A DNA stretch of 64,000 bases, taken from positions 20,935 through 84,934 of the forward strand of contig DASTUF010000068.1 in assembly GCA_035759745.1 (NCBI GenBank), read 5' to 3'. The DNA comes from Gemmatimonadales bacterium. GTDB taxonomy: Bacteria; Gemmatimonadota; Gemmatimonadetes; Gemmatimonadales; GWC2-71-9. The notes under the pieces were generated by a model. The model was given only the letters and a program-made list of their open reading frames with translations. It did not search any database and was not told where the DNA came from. Each line of letters starts with the position of its first letter. Positions within the stretch are counted from its first letter, which is position 1. A program made the translations under genes and the position numbers. Of this stretch, positions 21,934 to 29,154 are shown one piece after another.

Positions 21934-22669
21934 GAAGCAAGACGATGCACCGCTGGAACGGGTGATGGCGCTGGTGCGCGACCTGCGGGTCCGCTGCAGC
22001 TGGGACCGGGTGCAGACCCGCGAGACGCTGCGACCCTACCTGGTGGAGGAAGTGCTCGAGCTGGACCATGCCATCGCCGAGGCGGACCGCGACGCGATGC
22101 CGGACGAACTGGGCGACATGCTGCTTCACCTGGCCTGGCAGCTGGTGCTGGCGGAGGAGGATGGGCTGGGCACGCCGGATGCCCTGGCCGACCGGGTTGT
22201 CCGCAAGATGCAGCGGCGGCATCCCCACCTCTTCGACCTGGGGCCCCCTGAACCCTGGGAAGTGCTCAAGCGGAGGGAACGCACCGGCGGGACGCTGGAT
22301 GGATTGCCGCGCGAGCTCCCCGCCCTGCGCGCGGCCATGCGGCTGCAGGAGCGCGCGGCGTCGGTGGGCTTCGACTGGCCTGACGTGAACGGGCCGCAGG
22401 AAAAGGTGCGCGAAGAAGCCGACGAAGTCACCGAGGCCCTCACCGGCGGCGAGATAGAAGCAATACAGGAAGAGGTGGGCGACCTGCTGTTCGCGGCGGT
22501 GAACCTCGCGCGGAAAGCGAGTGTGGACCCGACCGCCGCGCTCGAGGGCGCCAACCGGAAGTTCACCGAGCGATTCCGTGAGATGGAGGCGCTGGCCGCC
22601 GAGCGCGGCATCGTGCTCCACGAAGCCGGCCTGGAAGCGCTGGACCGGCTGTGGGACGAGATCAAGTAG
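21932..22669 (+). CDS. mazG: Nucleoside triphosphate pyrophosphohydrolase MazG
   Basis: Internal ATG (MKQDDAPLERVMALVRDLRVRCSWDRVQTRETLRPYLVEEVLEL...) of track ORF 21785..22669. Tandem MazG domains with EExGDLLF-type motifs (DELGDMLLHL, EEVGDLLFAAVNL). Confidence 0.85.
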   Translation: MKQDDAPLERVMALVRDLRVRCSWDRVQTRETLRPYLVEEVLELDHAIAEADRDAMPDELGDMLLHLAWQLVLAEEDGLGTPDALADRVVRKMQRRHPHLFDLGPPEPWEVLKRRERTGGTLDGLPRELPALRAAMRLQERAASVGFDWPDVNGPQEKVREEADEVTEALTGGEIEAIQEEVGDLLFAAVNLARKASVDPTAALEGANRKFTERFREMEALAAERGIVLHEAGLEALDRLWDEIK

Positions 22670-22673
22670 GAAA

Positions 22674-22692
22674 GGGCGGACCGCGTCCGCCC
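22674..22692. terminator. GC-rich hairpin between the convergent mazG and asnS genes (possible bidirectional terminator)
   Basis: gggcgga-ccgcg-tccgccc is a 7-bp perfect stem with a 5-nt loop. It is flanked by aaa on the left and att on the right, and sits 4 nt after the mazG stop and 1 nt before the asnS stop. Confidence 0.5.
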
Positions 22693-22693
22693 A

Positions 22694-23989
22694 TTACGGC
22701 GTGAGGCGATGAATCTGCCGCGGAAAGGCGATCGCCTCGCGGATGTGGGGGAGGCCGCAGATCCAGGCCACGGTGCGCTCGATCCCCAGCCCGAATCCCG
22801 AGTGGACGAAAGTGCCGTACTTCCGGAGGTCGAGATACCATCCATAGGCGGCGGGGTCGAGCCCCTGCTCCTTGATCCGCGCCAGCAGCCGGTCGTGGTC
22901 GTCCTCGCGCTGTGAGCCGCCGATGATCTCGCCATACCCTTCGGGCGCGAGGCAGTCGTTGTTGAGCACGGTCCGCGCATCGTCAGGGTTTTCCTTCATG
23001 TAGAACGCCTTGACCTCGCGCGGATAGTTGTAGACAAATACCGGGCGGTCGAATTCCTTCGCCAGCAGCGTTTCGTCGTCACCACCCAGGTCCTTGCCCC
23101 AGGTAATGTCGGAGCCCAGCTGGTTGAGCCGGGCCACTGCATCGGTGTAGGAAATCCGGGGGAACGGCCCCGTGACCCGTTCCAGCGGCGCCGTGTCGCG
23201 CTCCAGCTCGGCGAGTTCCGCCTTGCGTTCGGTGAGGGCTCGTCCCACGACGTAGCTTACGAACTCCTCCTGCAACTGCATGTTGGCGTCGGAGTCATTG
23301 AAGGCCACCTCCGGCTCCACCATCCAGAACTCGGTCAGGTGGCGCCGGGTCTTCGACTTCTCGGCCCGGAAAGTCGGCCCGAAGCAGTACACCTGGCCCA
23401 GTGCCGCGGCCGCTGCTTCGACGTATAGCTGCCCGGTCTGGGCCAGGTAGGCAGTGCCCAGATCGAAGTACTCGGTGGCAAAGAGATTGCCCGCTTCCTC
23501 GCCTATCGCTCCGGTCAGGATCGGGGTGTCCACCAGGGTGAAGTCGCGCGAAAAGAAGAAGTCGCGGATCGCCTGCACGACCTCATTCCGCACCTTGGCG
23601 ATGGCCACCTGGCGGCGGCTCCGGAGCCAGAGGTGTCTATGCTCGAAGAGGAAGGACGTCCCATGTTCCTTGGGGGAGATAGGGAACTCGGCACTGGCCC
23701 CCAGGATCACCAGGTCCCGGATTCCGAGCTCGACGCCGCCGGGCGAACGGGCATCGGCCCGCACCTCGCCGGTCAACTCGACGCTGGTCTCCTGGGTGAT
23801 ACCGCCGAAGCGCTCCCACACTTCCGGCGCCACTTCCTTCTGCGAGACGACACCCTGCAGATAGCCCGAGCCGTCGCGGATGACAATGAACGCCACCTTT
23901 CCGCTGGAACGGGTGGTGACTGCCCAGCCGCGCACCGTGACCACCTGCCCCACTCGGCCGCCCAGCTCGCCGATCCTCGCATGCGTCAT
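22694..23989 (-). CDS. asnS: Asparagine--tRNA ligase
   Basis: 431 aa. Class II motifs; FRAEKSKTRRHLTEFWMVEPE and GFGLGIERTV are typical of AsnRS. Confidence 0.95.
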   Translation of the reverse strand: MTHARIGELGGRVGQVVTVRGWAVTTRSSGKVAFIVIRDGSGYLQGVVSQKEVAPEVWERFGGITQETSVELTGEVRADARSPGGVELGIRDLVILGASAEFPISPKEHGTSFLFEHRHLWLRSRRQVAIAKVRNEVVQAIRDFFFSRDFTLVDTPILTGAIGEEAGNLFATEYFDLGTAYLAQTGQLYVEAAAAALGQVYCFGPTFRAEKSKTRRHLTEFWMVEPEVAFNDSDANMQLQEEFVSYVVGRALTERKAELAELERDTAPLERVTGPFPRISYTDAVARLNQLGSDITWGKDLGGDDETLLAKEFDRPVFVYNYPREVKAFYMKENPDDARTVLNNDCLAPEGYGEIIGGSQREDDHDRLLARIKEQGLDPAAYGWYLDLRKYGTFVHSGFGLGIERTVAWICGLPHIREAIAFPRQIHRLTP

Positions 23990-23998
23990 GCTACATCC

Positions 23999-25081
23999 AT
24001 GGTGCTGAAGGGTTTGCGCTACGGAGGGTGGAGTCTAGCGGTGCTCGCCATGAGCGTCAACGCGAGCTGCATCAATTTCAGCCCGCCTCCACCGCCGGTG
24101 AGCGAGGAGTACTCCGCCGGGGCACCGGCCGAACAGTGGATGCTGCGAACCGGTCGCGGCATCACCGGCCCGATCGCGGCCACTGGCTCGATGGCGCTGG
24201 TGGCCTCCGCCAACCGCAACCTCGAGGCGGTGAGCCTCGCCACCGGCGAGTCGCTCTGGAACCGGCGCCTGCCGGGTGCGCTGATGGGCGGCGTGCTGGT
24301 GCGCAACTCGATGCTCTACGCCGGCACCGGCCGGCCCGACGGCCGGGTGGATGCGATCGACTTTCGGGGCCGCCGGATCTGGCGCGCCCGTTCGGGTGAG
24401 GTCACCGCCCCGCTCGCGGCTGCGGCCGACATGATCATCGCGCTCAACCGGGACGGATACGCGGTGGCGCTCAACGCCGCTACCGGGAAGATCCGGTGGC
24501 GGCGAGCAGTTGGCCGGGCCCGGGCTCCGGCCATCGAAAGCGAAGGCGCCATCGTGGTCACCACCCTGGACTCGCTCTTCCAGCTCGATTTCGAGGCCGG
24601 GCGGGTGCTGGCCCGGCGGCCGGCACCCGGTGTCGTCCTGGGCGGATGGATCCCGGCCGGCGGAATGCTGGTGGCAGGGATGGCCGATACCGGCGTGGTG
24701 GCGATCGATCCACGCACGCTGGAGACGCTGTGGAGGGTGCGGACCGACGCGCCGGTCATCGGCGACCTGGCCGCCGAAGGCGACACCATCTGGGCCGCGT
24801 CACGCATCGGGACCATCTACCGGCTGGTGCTGGGAGAAGGAGCACCCAACGTTACGACGGTGGCCAGGCTGGAGCGTTCGCTCACGTCCGGCGTCTCGCG
24901 AATGGGCAACTTGCTGCTGGTGGGTAGTGCCGACGGCCGTATTCACGCGCTGGCCGATAACGGCGAGGAGCGCTGGCGGCTCCGGGTGTGGCCCCCGGCC
25001 GACGTCACGCCGGTGGCGGTCGAGGGCGGGGTGCTGGCGGCGGGCGGCGATGGCGATGTCCACTTCTTTCGCGGCGAGTGA
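23999..25081 (+). CDS. PQQ-like beta-propeller repeat protein (BamB-like fold), probably exported
   Basis: Start taken at the ATG at 23999 (MVLKGLRYGGWSLAVLAMSVNASC...). Repeated ...A.DA.TG...W... blades (ATGESLWNRRL, ATGKIRWRR, RTLETLWRV, GEERWRLRV). The upstream part of track ORF 23633..25081 is antisense to asnS. Confidence 0.7.
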   Translation: MVLKGLRYGGWSLAVLAMSVNASCINFSPPPPPVSEEYSAGAPAEQWMLRTGRGITGPIAATGSMALVASANRNLEAVSLATGESLWNRRLPGALMGGVLVRNSMLYAGTGRPDGRVDAIDFRGRRIWRARSGEVTAPLAAAADMIIALNRDGYAVALNAATGKIRWRRAVGRARAPAIESEGAIVVTTLDSLFQLDFEAGRVLARRPAPGVVLGGWIPAGGMLVAGMADTGVVAIDPRTLETLWRVRTDAPVIGDLAAEGDTIWAASRIGTIYRLVLGEGAPNVTTVARLERSLTSGVSRMGNLLLVGSADGRIHALADNGEERWRLRVWPPADVTPVAVEGGVLAAGGDGDVHFFRGE

Positions 25082-25085
25082 GCCG

Positions 25086-25553
25086 ATGCGCGCACTGCTT
25101 CTCTGCATCATGCTGGCGCTCGTGGCCCAGCCGCTCGCGACCAAGCCCCTCGCCGCGCAGCGGAGCAGCCCGGCGCCGATCAAGTTCGGCAAGTGGGCGC
25201 TGCTGGCGGGGGCGATCGGGCTCAACTTTGCGGCGTCGCGCGAGCACGAGCGGGCTGACTCGGTGTTCGGCGACCTGACGGCGCGCTGCGTGCCGGACCC
25301 GACGCTGTGCGACGTGGGAGACGACGGCTCGTATCTGGACGCCGAGAGCGAGTTCCTCTACCAGACCTCGCTGGCGTACGACCGCCGCGCCCGCAACTTC
25401 CTCTTCGGAGGGCAGGGCGCGCTGCTGGGTGCGGCGGTGCTGTTCGTCTGGGAGTTCAGCCGGCCCAAGGACGACCCGGAGAACATTCCCTTCGAGCCGA
25501 CGGTGAACTTTCTGCCGCACTCGACGGAGATTGGGGTGCGGGTGGCGTGGTAA
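25086..25553 (+). CDS. Hypothetical exported/membrane protein
   Basis: In-frame ATG inside track ORF 24510..25553 gives MRALLLCIMLALVAQPLATKPLAAQ... (signal peptide) plus a C-proximal hydrophobic segment GALLGAAVLFVW. 155 aa. No family recognised. Confidence 0.5.
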   Translation: MRALLLCIMLALVAQPLATKPLAAQRSSPAPIKFGKWALLAGAIGLNFAASREHERADSVFGDLTARCVPDPTLCDVGDDGSYLDAESEFLYQTSLAYDRRARNFLFGGQGALLGAAVLFVWEFSRPKDDPENIPFEPTVNFLPHSTEIGVRVAW

Positions 25554-25555
25554 CT

Positions 25556-25627
25556 AGTGGGGAGTGGGAAGGAAGTGGGAAGTGGAACGGCCCCTCACCA
25601 CTTCCCACTTCCAACTTGCTACTTGCG
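25556..25627. repeat. G-rich GGGAAGTGG-type intergenic repeat, copy 1, containing a perfect 15-bp hairpin
   Basis: agtggggagtgggaaggaagtgggaagtgg aacggcccctca ccacttcccacttcc aacttgc. The stem 25571-25585 / 25598-25612 is perfectly complementary, with a 12-nt loop. It lies between two convergent genes. Confidence 0.75.
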
Positions 25628-25987
25628 ATGCCCTATCGCCCCGCCCGCCAGCCCGGCGATCACCGACGCGATCGTCGCCACGCCGATGGTCGGACCCGGG
25701 ACGTCGCCCATGATGGCGCTGAGGCCCGAGCCGAGGAAGCCGCTCACCCCGCCGGCGATGGCGCCGCCGCTGGCCGACGCCATCCGGGCCGGCCGCATCG
25801 CTCCCTTGCTGAACATGAGCCCGGTGAACGCCGCGATCAGTGATCCCACGATCGGGTAGCTGCTCTGGATCGCGGGCATGAAGTGCCCCAGCACCACCAT
25901 CGCCACCTGCAACAGCGTACCAACCAGCGTCGCCTTCGTGAGCGCGCCCTGCCCAAGGGCGCTCTGACCTGCCATTCGGCTCTCCAT
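25619..25987 (-). CDS. Small Gly/Ala-rich integral membrane protein, unknown function
   Basis: Start taken at MESRMAGQSALGQGALTKATLVGTLLQVAMVVLGHF...; three or four hydrophobic segments. The first 21 codons of track ORF 25619..26050 are encoded by the G-rich repeat and are probably not translated. Confidence 0.5.
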   Translation of the reverse strand: MESRMAGQSALGQGALTKATLVGTLLQVAMVVLGHFMPAIQSSYPIVGSLIAAFTGLMFSKGAMRPARMASASGGAIAGGVSGFLGSGLSAIMGDVPGPTIGVATIASVIAGLAGGAIGHRK

Positions 25988-26010
25988 GGATCTCTCCGCG
26001 GTGAAAGATG

Positions 26011-26043
26011 ATCCCCACTCCCCACTTCCCACTCCCCACTTGG
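26011..26043. repeat. G-rich repeat, copy 2 (single arm; G-rich on the minus strand)
   Basis: The plus strand reads tccccactccccacttcccactccccacttgg. The minus strand therefore reads CCAAGTGGGGAGTGGGAAGTGGGGAGTGGGGA, with four G3-4 tracts. Coordinates are +/-2 nt (see the rejected notes). Confidence 0.65.
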
Positions 26044-26046
26044 CTG

Positions 26047-28116
26047 TCATCCGGTCCTGAAGAAATCCACCGCCCGCGGGTATCGCGCAAGGACCCGGGC
26101 CCGGAGCGGCTGGTTGGCGCTGCGCTGCAACGCGCTATCGCCCGCCAGGATCCGCTCCGCCTGTACCCGGGCTTCGGCCAGCAGGTCCTCGTCGTCCGGA
26201 AGCCGAGCCTGGCGCAACTCGAAGCCTCCTGACTGACGGGCCCCGATGAGGTCGCCCATCCCGCGCTCCCGCAGGTCCAGCTCCGCGATCTCGAAACCGT
26301 CATCGGTGGCGGCGAAGGCGCGCAGCCGCTCCGCCGGACGGTCGCCGGTCATCAGGATGCAGAAGCTCTCGTTGCCGCCTCGCCCCACTCGGCCTCGCAG
26401 CTGGTGCAGCTGCGCCAGCCCGAAGCGCTCGGGATGCTCGATCAGCATGACGGTGGCATTGGGCACGTCGATGCCCACTTCGATGACCGTCGTCGCCACC
26501 AGCACGTGGACCCCGCCCTCGCGGAACGCACGCATGGTGCGGTCGCGCTCATCGGTCTTGAGCCTGCCGTGCACCAGCCCCACCGTGAGCCCGGGCCAGC
26601 GCTGCGCCAGTTCCTCGGCCATGGTCGTGGCCGCCCGCAGATCCGCCCGCTCCGACTCCTCGATGACTGGCAGCACCACGTACGCCTGCCGTCCCGTCTC
26701 GCATTGCTCCCGCATGAAGTCGAGCACCCGCTCGCGCTGCGCCGCGGTCCGGAGCGCGGTGCGGACGCTGCCCCGTCCGGGAGGCCGCTGGCGCAGCACC
26801 GAAACATCGAGGTCGCCGTAGCGGGTGAGCGCGAGCGACCGCGGAATCGGCGTGGCGCTGAGCAGCAGGACGTCGGGCGCTGCTCCCTTCCCCACCAGCG
26901 CCGAGCGCTGCTCCACACCGAAGCGGTGCTGCTCATCGATGATCACCAGGCCCAGCCTCCGGAACTCGACGCTCTCCTGCACCAGCGCATGGGTACCGAC
27001 CACGATGCGTGCGGCACCCTCGCGAATGCGCCGACGGGCGGCGCTCTTGGAGGAAGCGGTGAGCTTGCCCAGCAGCACCTCGGGCTTGATGCGGAGCGGC
27101 TGGAGCAACCGCTCCACGGTGCGCGCGTGTTGCTCCGACAGCAGCTCGGTGGGCGCCATGAGCGCCGCCTGATGATCGTTCTCCAGTGCCAGCAGCATGG
27201 CGAAGAGCGCGACCACGGTCTTGCCGGTGCCCACGTCGCCCATCAGCAGGCGATGCATCCGCCGCTCGGACGTCATGTCGCCCACGATCTCGTTGAGGGC
27301 GGTGCGCTGGTCACGGGTGAGCGTCCAGGGCAGCGACGCGCCCAGTGCGGTCGTGAGCTCCCCCGGCGGCTGATACAAGATGCCGCCGGAACGGGTGCGG
27401 CGGGCCAGCGCCCGGGCTCGCGACAGGGTGAGCTGAAGATCGAAGAGCTCGTCGAAGGCGAGTCGCCGCCGGCCATGCTCCGCCTCTTCCTGCGTGGCCG
27501 GCCGATGCACCAGGCGGTACGCCTCGGCCAGTCCCGGAAGGCGCAGTGATTGCCGAACAGATGCAGGCAGCTCGTCAGTCACCAGCGCGAGCGCCTGGTC
27601 GAGGTGGCGATCCACCAGCCCTCGAATCGCGCGGTGGCTCAGTCCCTCGGTGGCGGGATACACCGGCAGCACCCGGCCCGGCTCCAGCGGTGCCTCGGCG
27701 CCCGCGTCCGACAGGATCACATATTCGCGCGGCGCCATCTGCTTGCCGTGGTAGTGGCGGATCGGCCCCGACACCAGCAGCGTCTGTCCCACCGCGATGC
27801 TGCGGTCGAGAAACGCCTGACCCGGCCAGACGCACTCGAGCGCCCCGCTGGCGTCGCGGATCACTGCGCTGAAGATGCGAAGGCCCTTGCGGGTGGGCGT
27901 CACCGCCTTGGTGATGACGATGCCGGCGCAAGCAACCTCATCGCCCACCCGCACCCGTGCGAGTGGGGTGACGCTGGAGGCATCGACGTAGCGGTGCGGG
28001 ATGTGGCGGAGCAGATCGCCGGCGGTGTGCACACCCAGCCGGGAGAAGGCGTCAGCTCGGCGCTCGCCCACGCCCTTGAGGAACTTGACCGGGGTATCCA
28101 GCCGGAGCGGCGGCAT
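26047..28116 (-). CDS. recG: ATP-dependent DNA helicase RecG
   Basis: Start taken at MPPLRLDTPVKFLKGVGERRADAFSRLGV... (internal ATG of track ORF 26047..28257). Wedge domain, helicase motif I GDVGTGKT, DEQHRFGV, and a C-terminal TRG-type region. Confidence 0.95.
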   Translation of the reverse strand: MPPLRLDTPVKFLKGVGERRADAFSRLGVHTAGDLLRHIPHRYVDASSVTPLARVRVGDEVACAGIVITKAVTPTRKGLRIFSAVIRDASGALECVWPGQAFLDRSIAVGQTLLVSGPIRHYHGKQMAPREYVILSDAGAEAPLEPGRVLPVYPATEGLSHRAIRGLVDRHLDQALALVTDELPASVRQSLRLPGLAEAYRLVHRPATQEEAEHGRRRLAFDELFDLQLTLSRARALARRTRSGGILYQPPGELTTALGASLPWTLTRDQRTALNEIVGDMTSERRMHRLLMGDVGTGKTVVALFAMLLALENDHQAALMAPTELLSEQHARTVERLLQPLRIKPEVLLGKLTASSKSAARRRIREGAARIVVGTHALVQESVEFRRLGLVIIDEQHRFGVEQRSALVGKGAAPDVLLLSATPIPRSLALTRYGDLDVSVLRQRPPGRGSVRTALRTAAQRERVLDFMREQCETGRQAYVVLPVIEESERADLRAATTMAEELAQRWPGLTVGLVHGRLKTDERDRTMRAFREGGVHVLVATTVIEVGIDVPNATVMLIEHPERFGLAQLHQLRGRVGRGGNESFCILMTGDRPAERLRAFAATDDGFEIAELDLRERGMGDLIGARQSGGFELRQARLPDDEDLLAEARVQAERILAGDSALQRSANQPLRARVLARYPRAVDFFRTG

Positions 28117-28129
28117 GGTCCGGCGTCGC

Positions 28130-29056
28130 TCAGGCGCCGTCGAGGAGTTGTTCGGCGTAGCGGGCGGCGTCGAAGGGCGCCAGGTCGTCGAGCGACTCGC
28201 CGGTGCCGACGAAGCGAATGGGAAGTCCCAGTTCGGTGCGGAGTGCCGCCACTGCACCGCCTCGCGCGCTGCCGTCGAGCTTGGTGACGATCACGCCGGT
28301 GGGGGAGACCGCCGCCTGGAAGAGCCGACCCTGCTGCACCGCGTTCTGGCCCACCGTGCCGTCGAGCACCAGCAGCGTCTCCTGCGGTGCGCCGGGGAGC
28401 CGGCGAGCGATGACGCGCACCACCTTGCGGAGCTCGTCCATCAGCCCTTCCTGGGTGTGGAGCCGCCCGGCGGTGTCGATCAGCACCGTATCGACGCCCC
28501 GTGCCACCGCGGCGTCGATGGCGTCGAACGCCACCGCTGCCGGGTCGCCGCCCGGTGCACCTGCCACCGCGGGCACGCCGAGCCGTTCGGCCCAGATCTC
28601 CAGCTGGCGAATGGCGCCTGCGCGATAGGTGTCGGCCGCCGCCAGCAGCACCGTGCGTCCCTCCTGCTGCTGGAGCCGCCGGGCCAGCTTGGCCACCGTG
28701 GTGGTCTTGCCCACACCGTTCACGCCCACGATCAGGTACACACTCGGCCCCGACTCGGCGCGCTCCAGTCCGCCAGGGTTGCCGGGCGATGACAGGAGGT
28801 CGCTGAGCCGAGTCACCAGGGCGGCGCGGAGGTCGACATCGGTCTTGACCTTGCCGTCACGGATCGCATTCTCGAGCGCCTGCACCAGCGCCATCGTGGC
28901 GGGCACGCCGAAATCGGCCTCCAGCAGCAGACGCTCGATCTCCTCGAGCTCATCGCCCTTGAGCCCGCGCACCAGCGCACCCACATCGGTGAGCGCAAAG
29001 CGCTTGATGCGCTGCCAGACGGAGAGCTGCTCGGAAGTGATTCTGAAAGAGGTCAC
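28130..29056 (-). CDS. ftsY: Signal recognition particle receptor FtsY (short N-terminus, NG domain)
   Basis: Motifs GVNGVGKTTTVAKLA, DTAGRLH and TKLDGSARGG. Start uncertain: the GTG at 29054-29056 (VTSFRITSEQLSVWQRIKRF...) is preferred. An ATG at 29120-29122 lies in the loop of the upstream palindrome and would add a repeat-encoded HFPLPTSHFPLPT peptide. Confidence 0.85.
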   Translation of the reverse strand: MTSFRITSEQLSVWQRIKRFALTDVGALVRGLKGDELEEIERLLLEADFGVPATMALVQALENAIRDGKVKTDVDLRAALVTRLSDLLSSPGNPGGLERAESGPSVYLIVGVNGVGKTTTVAKLARRLQQQEGRTVLLAAADTYRAGAIRQLEIWAERLGVPAVAGAPGGDPAAVAFDAIDAAVARGVDTVLIDTAGRLHTQEGLMDELRKVVRVIARRLPGAPQETLLVLDGTVGQNAVQQGRLFQAAVSPTGVIVTKLDGSARGGAVAALRTELGLPIRFVGTGESLDDLAPFDAARYAEQLLDGA

Positions 29057-29063
29057 GACATCA

Positions 29064-29154
29064 GTGGGGAGAGGGAAGTGGGAAGTGGGGAGTGGGAAGT
29101 GGGTGGAAGAATATAATTCCATCCACTCCCCACTCCCCACTTTCCACTTCCCAC
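29064..29154. repeat. G-rich repeat, copy 3: a ~90-bp imperfect palindrome (two ~40-nt arms around an AT-rich centre)
   Basis: gtggggagagggaagtgggaagtggggagtgggaagtgggtggaa GAATATAA ttccatccactccccactccccactttccacttcccac. The inner 22 nt of the arms pair at 20 of 22 positions. It fills the whole gap between the upstream gene's stop (29155) and ftsY. Confidence 0.8.

Noticed and set aside
25981-26160. An apparent 1-nt discrepancy between my hand count of positions and the supplied ORF track. It looked like a frameshift in the small membrane gene near 25980 and at the recG 3' end near 26160.
   Set aside because: Three independent ORF-track translations (25619..26050, 25837..26025, 26047..28257) are self-consistent, so I attribute the offset to my own position counting, not to biology. 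As a consequence, coordinates I give for the repeat at about 26011-26043 and its 15-mer at about 26025-26039 may be off by 1-2 nt.
25556-29154. Whether the G-rich repeats could be a degenerate CRISPR array.
   Set aside because: There is no regular repeat-spacer periodicity. The units are 7-9 nt and directly abutting. The copies are kilobases apart in different intergenic regions, and no cas genes are present.
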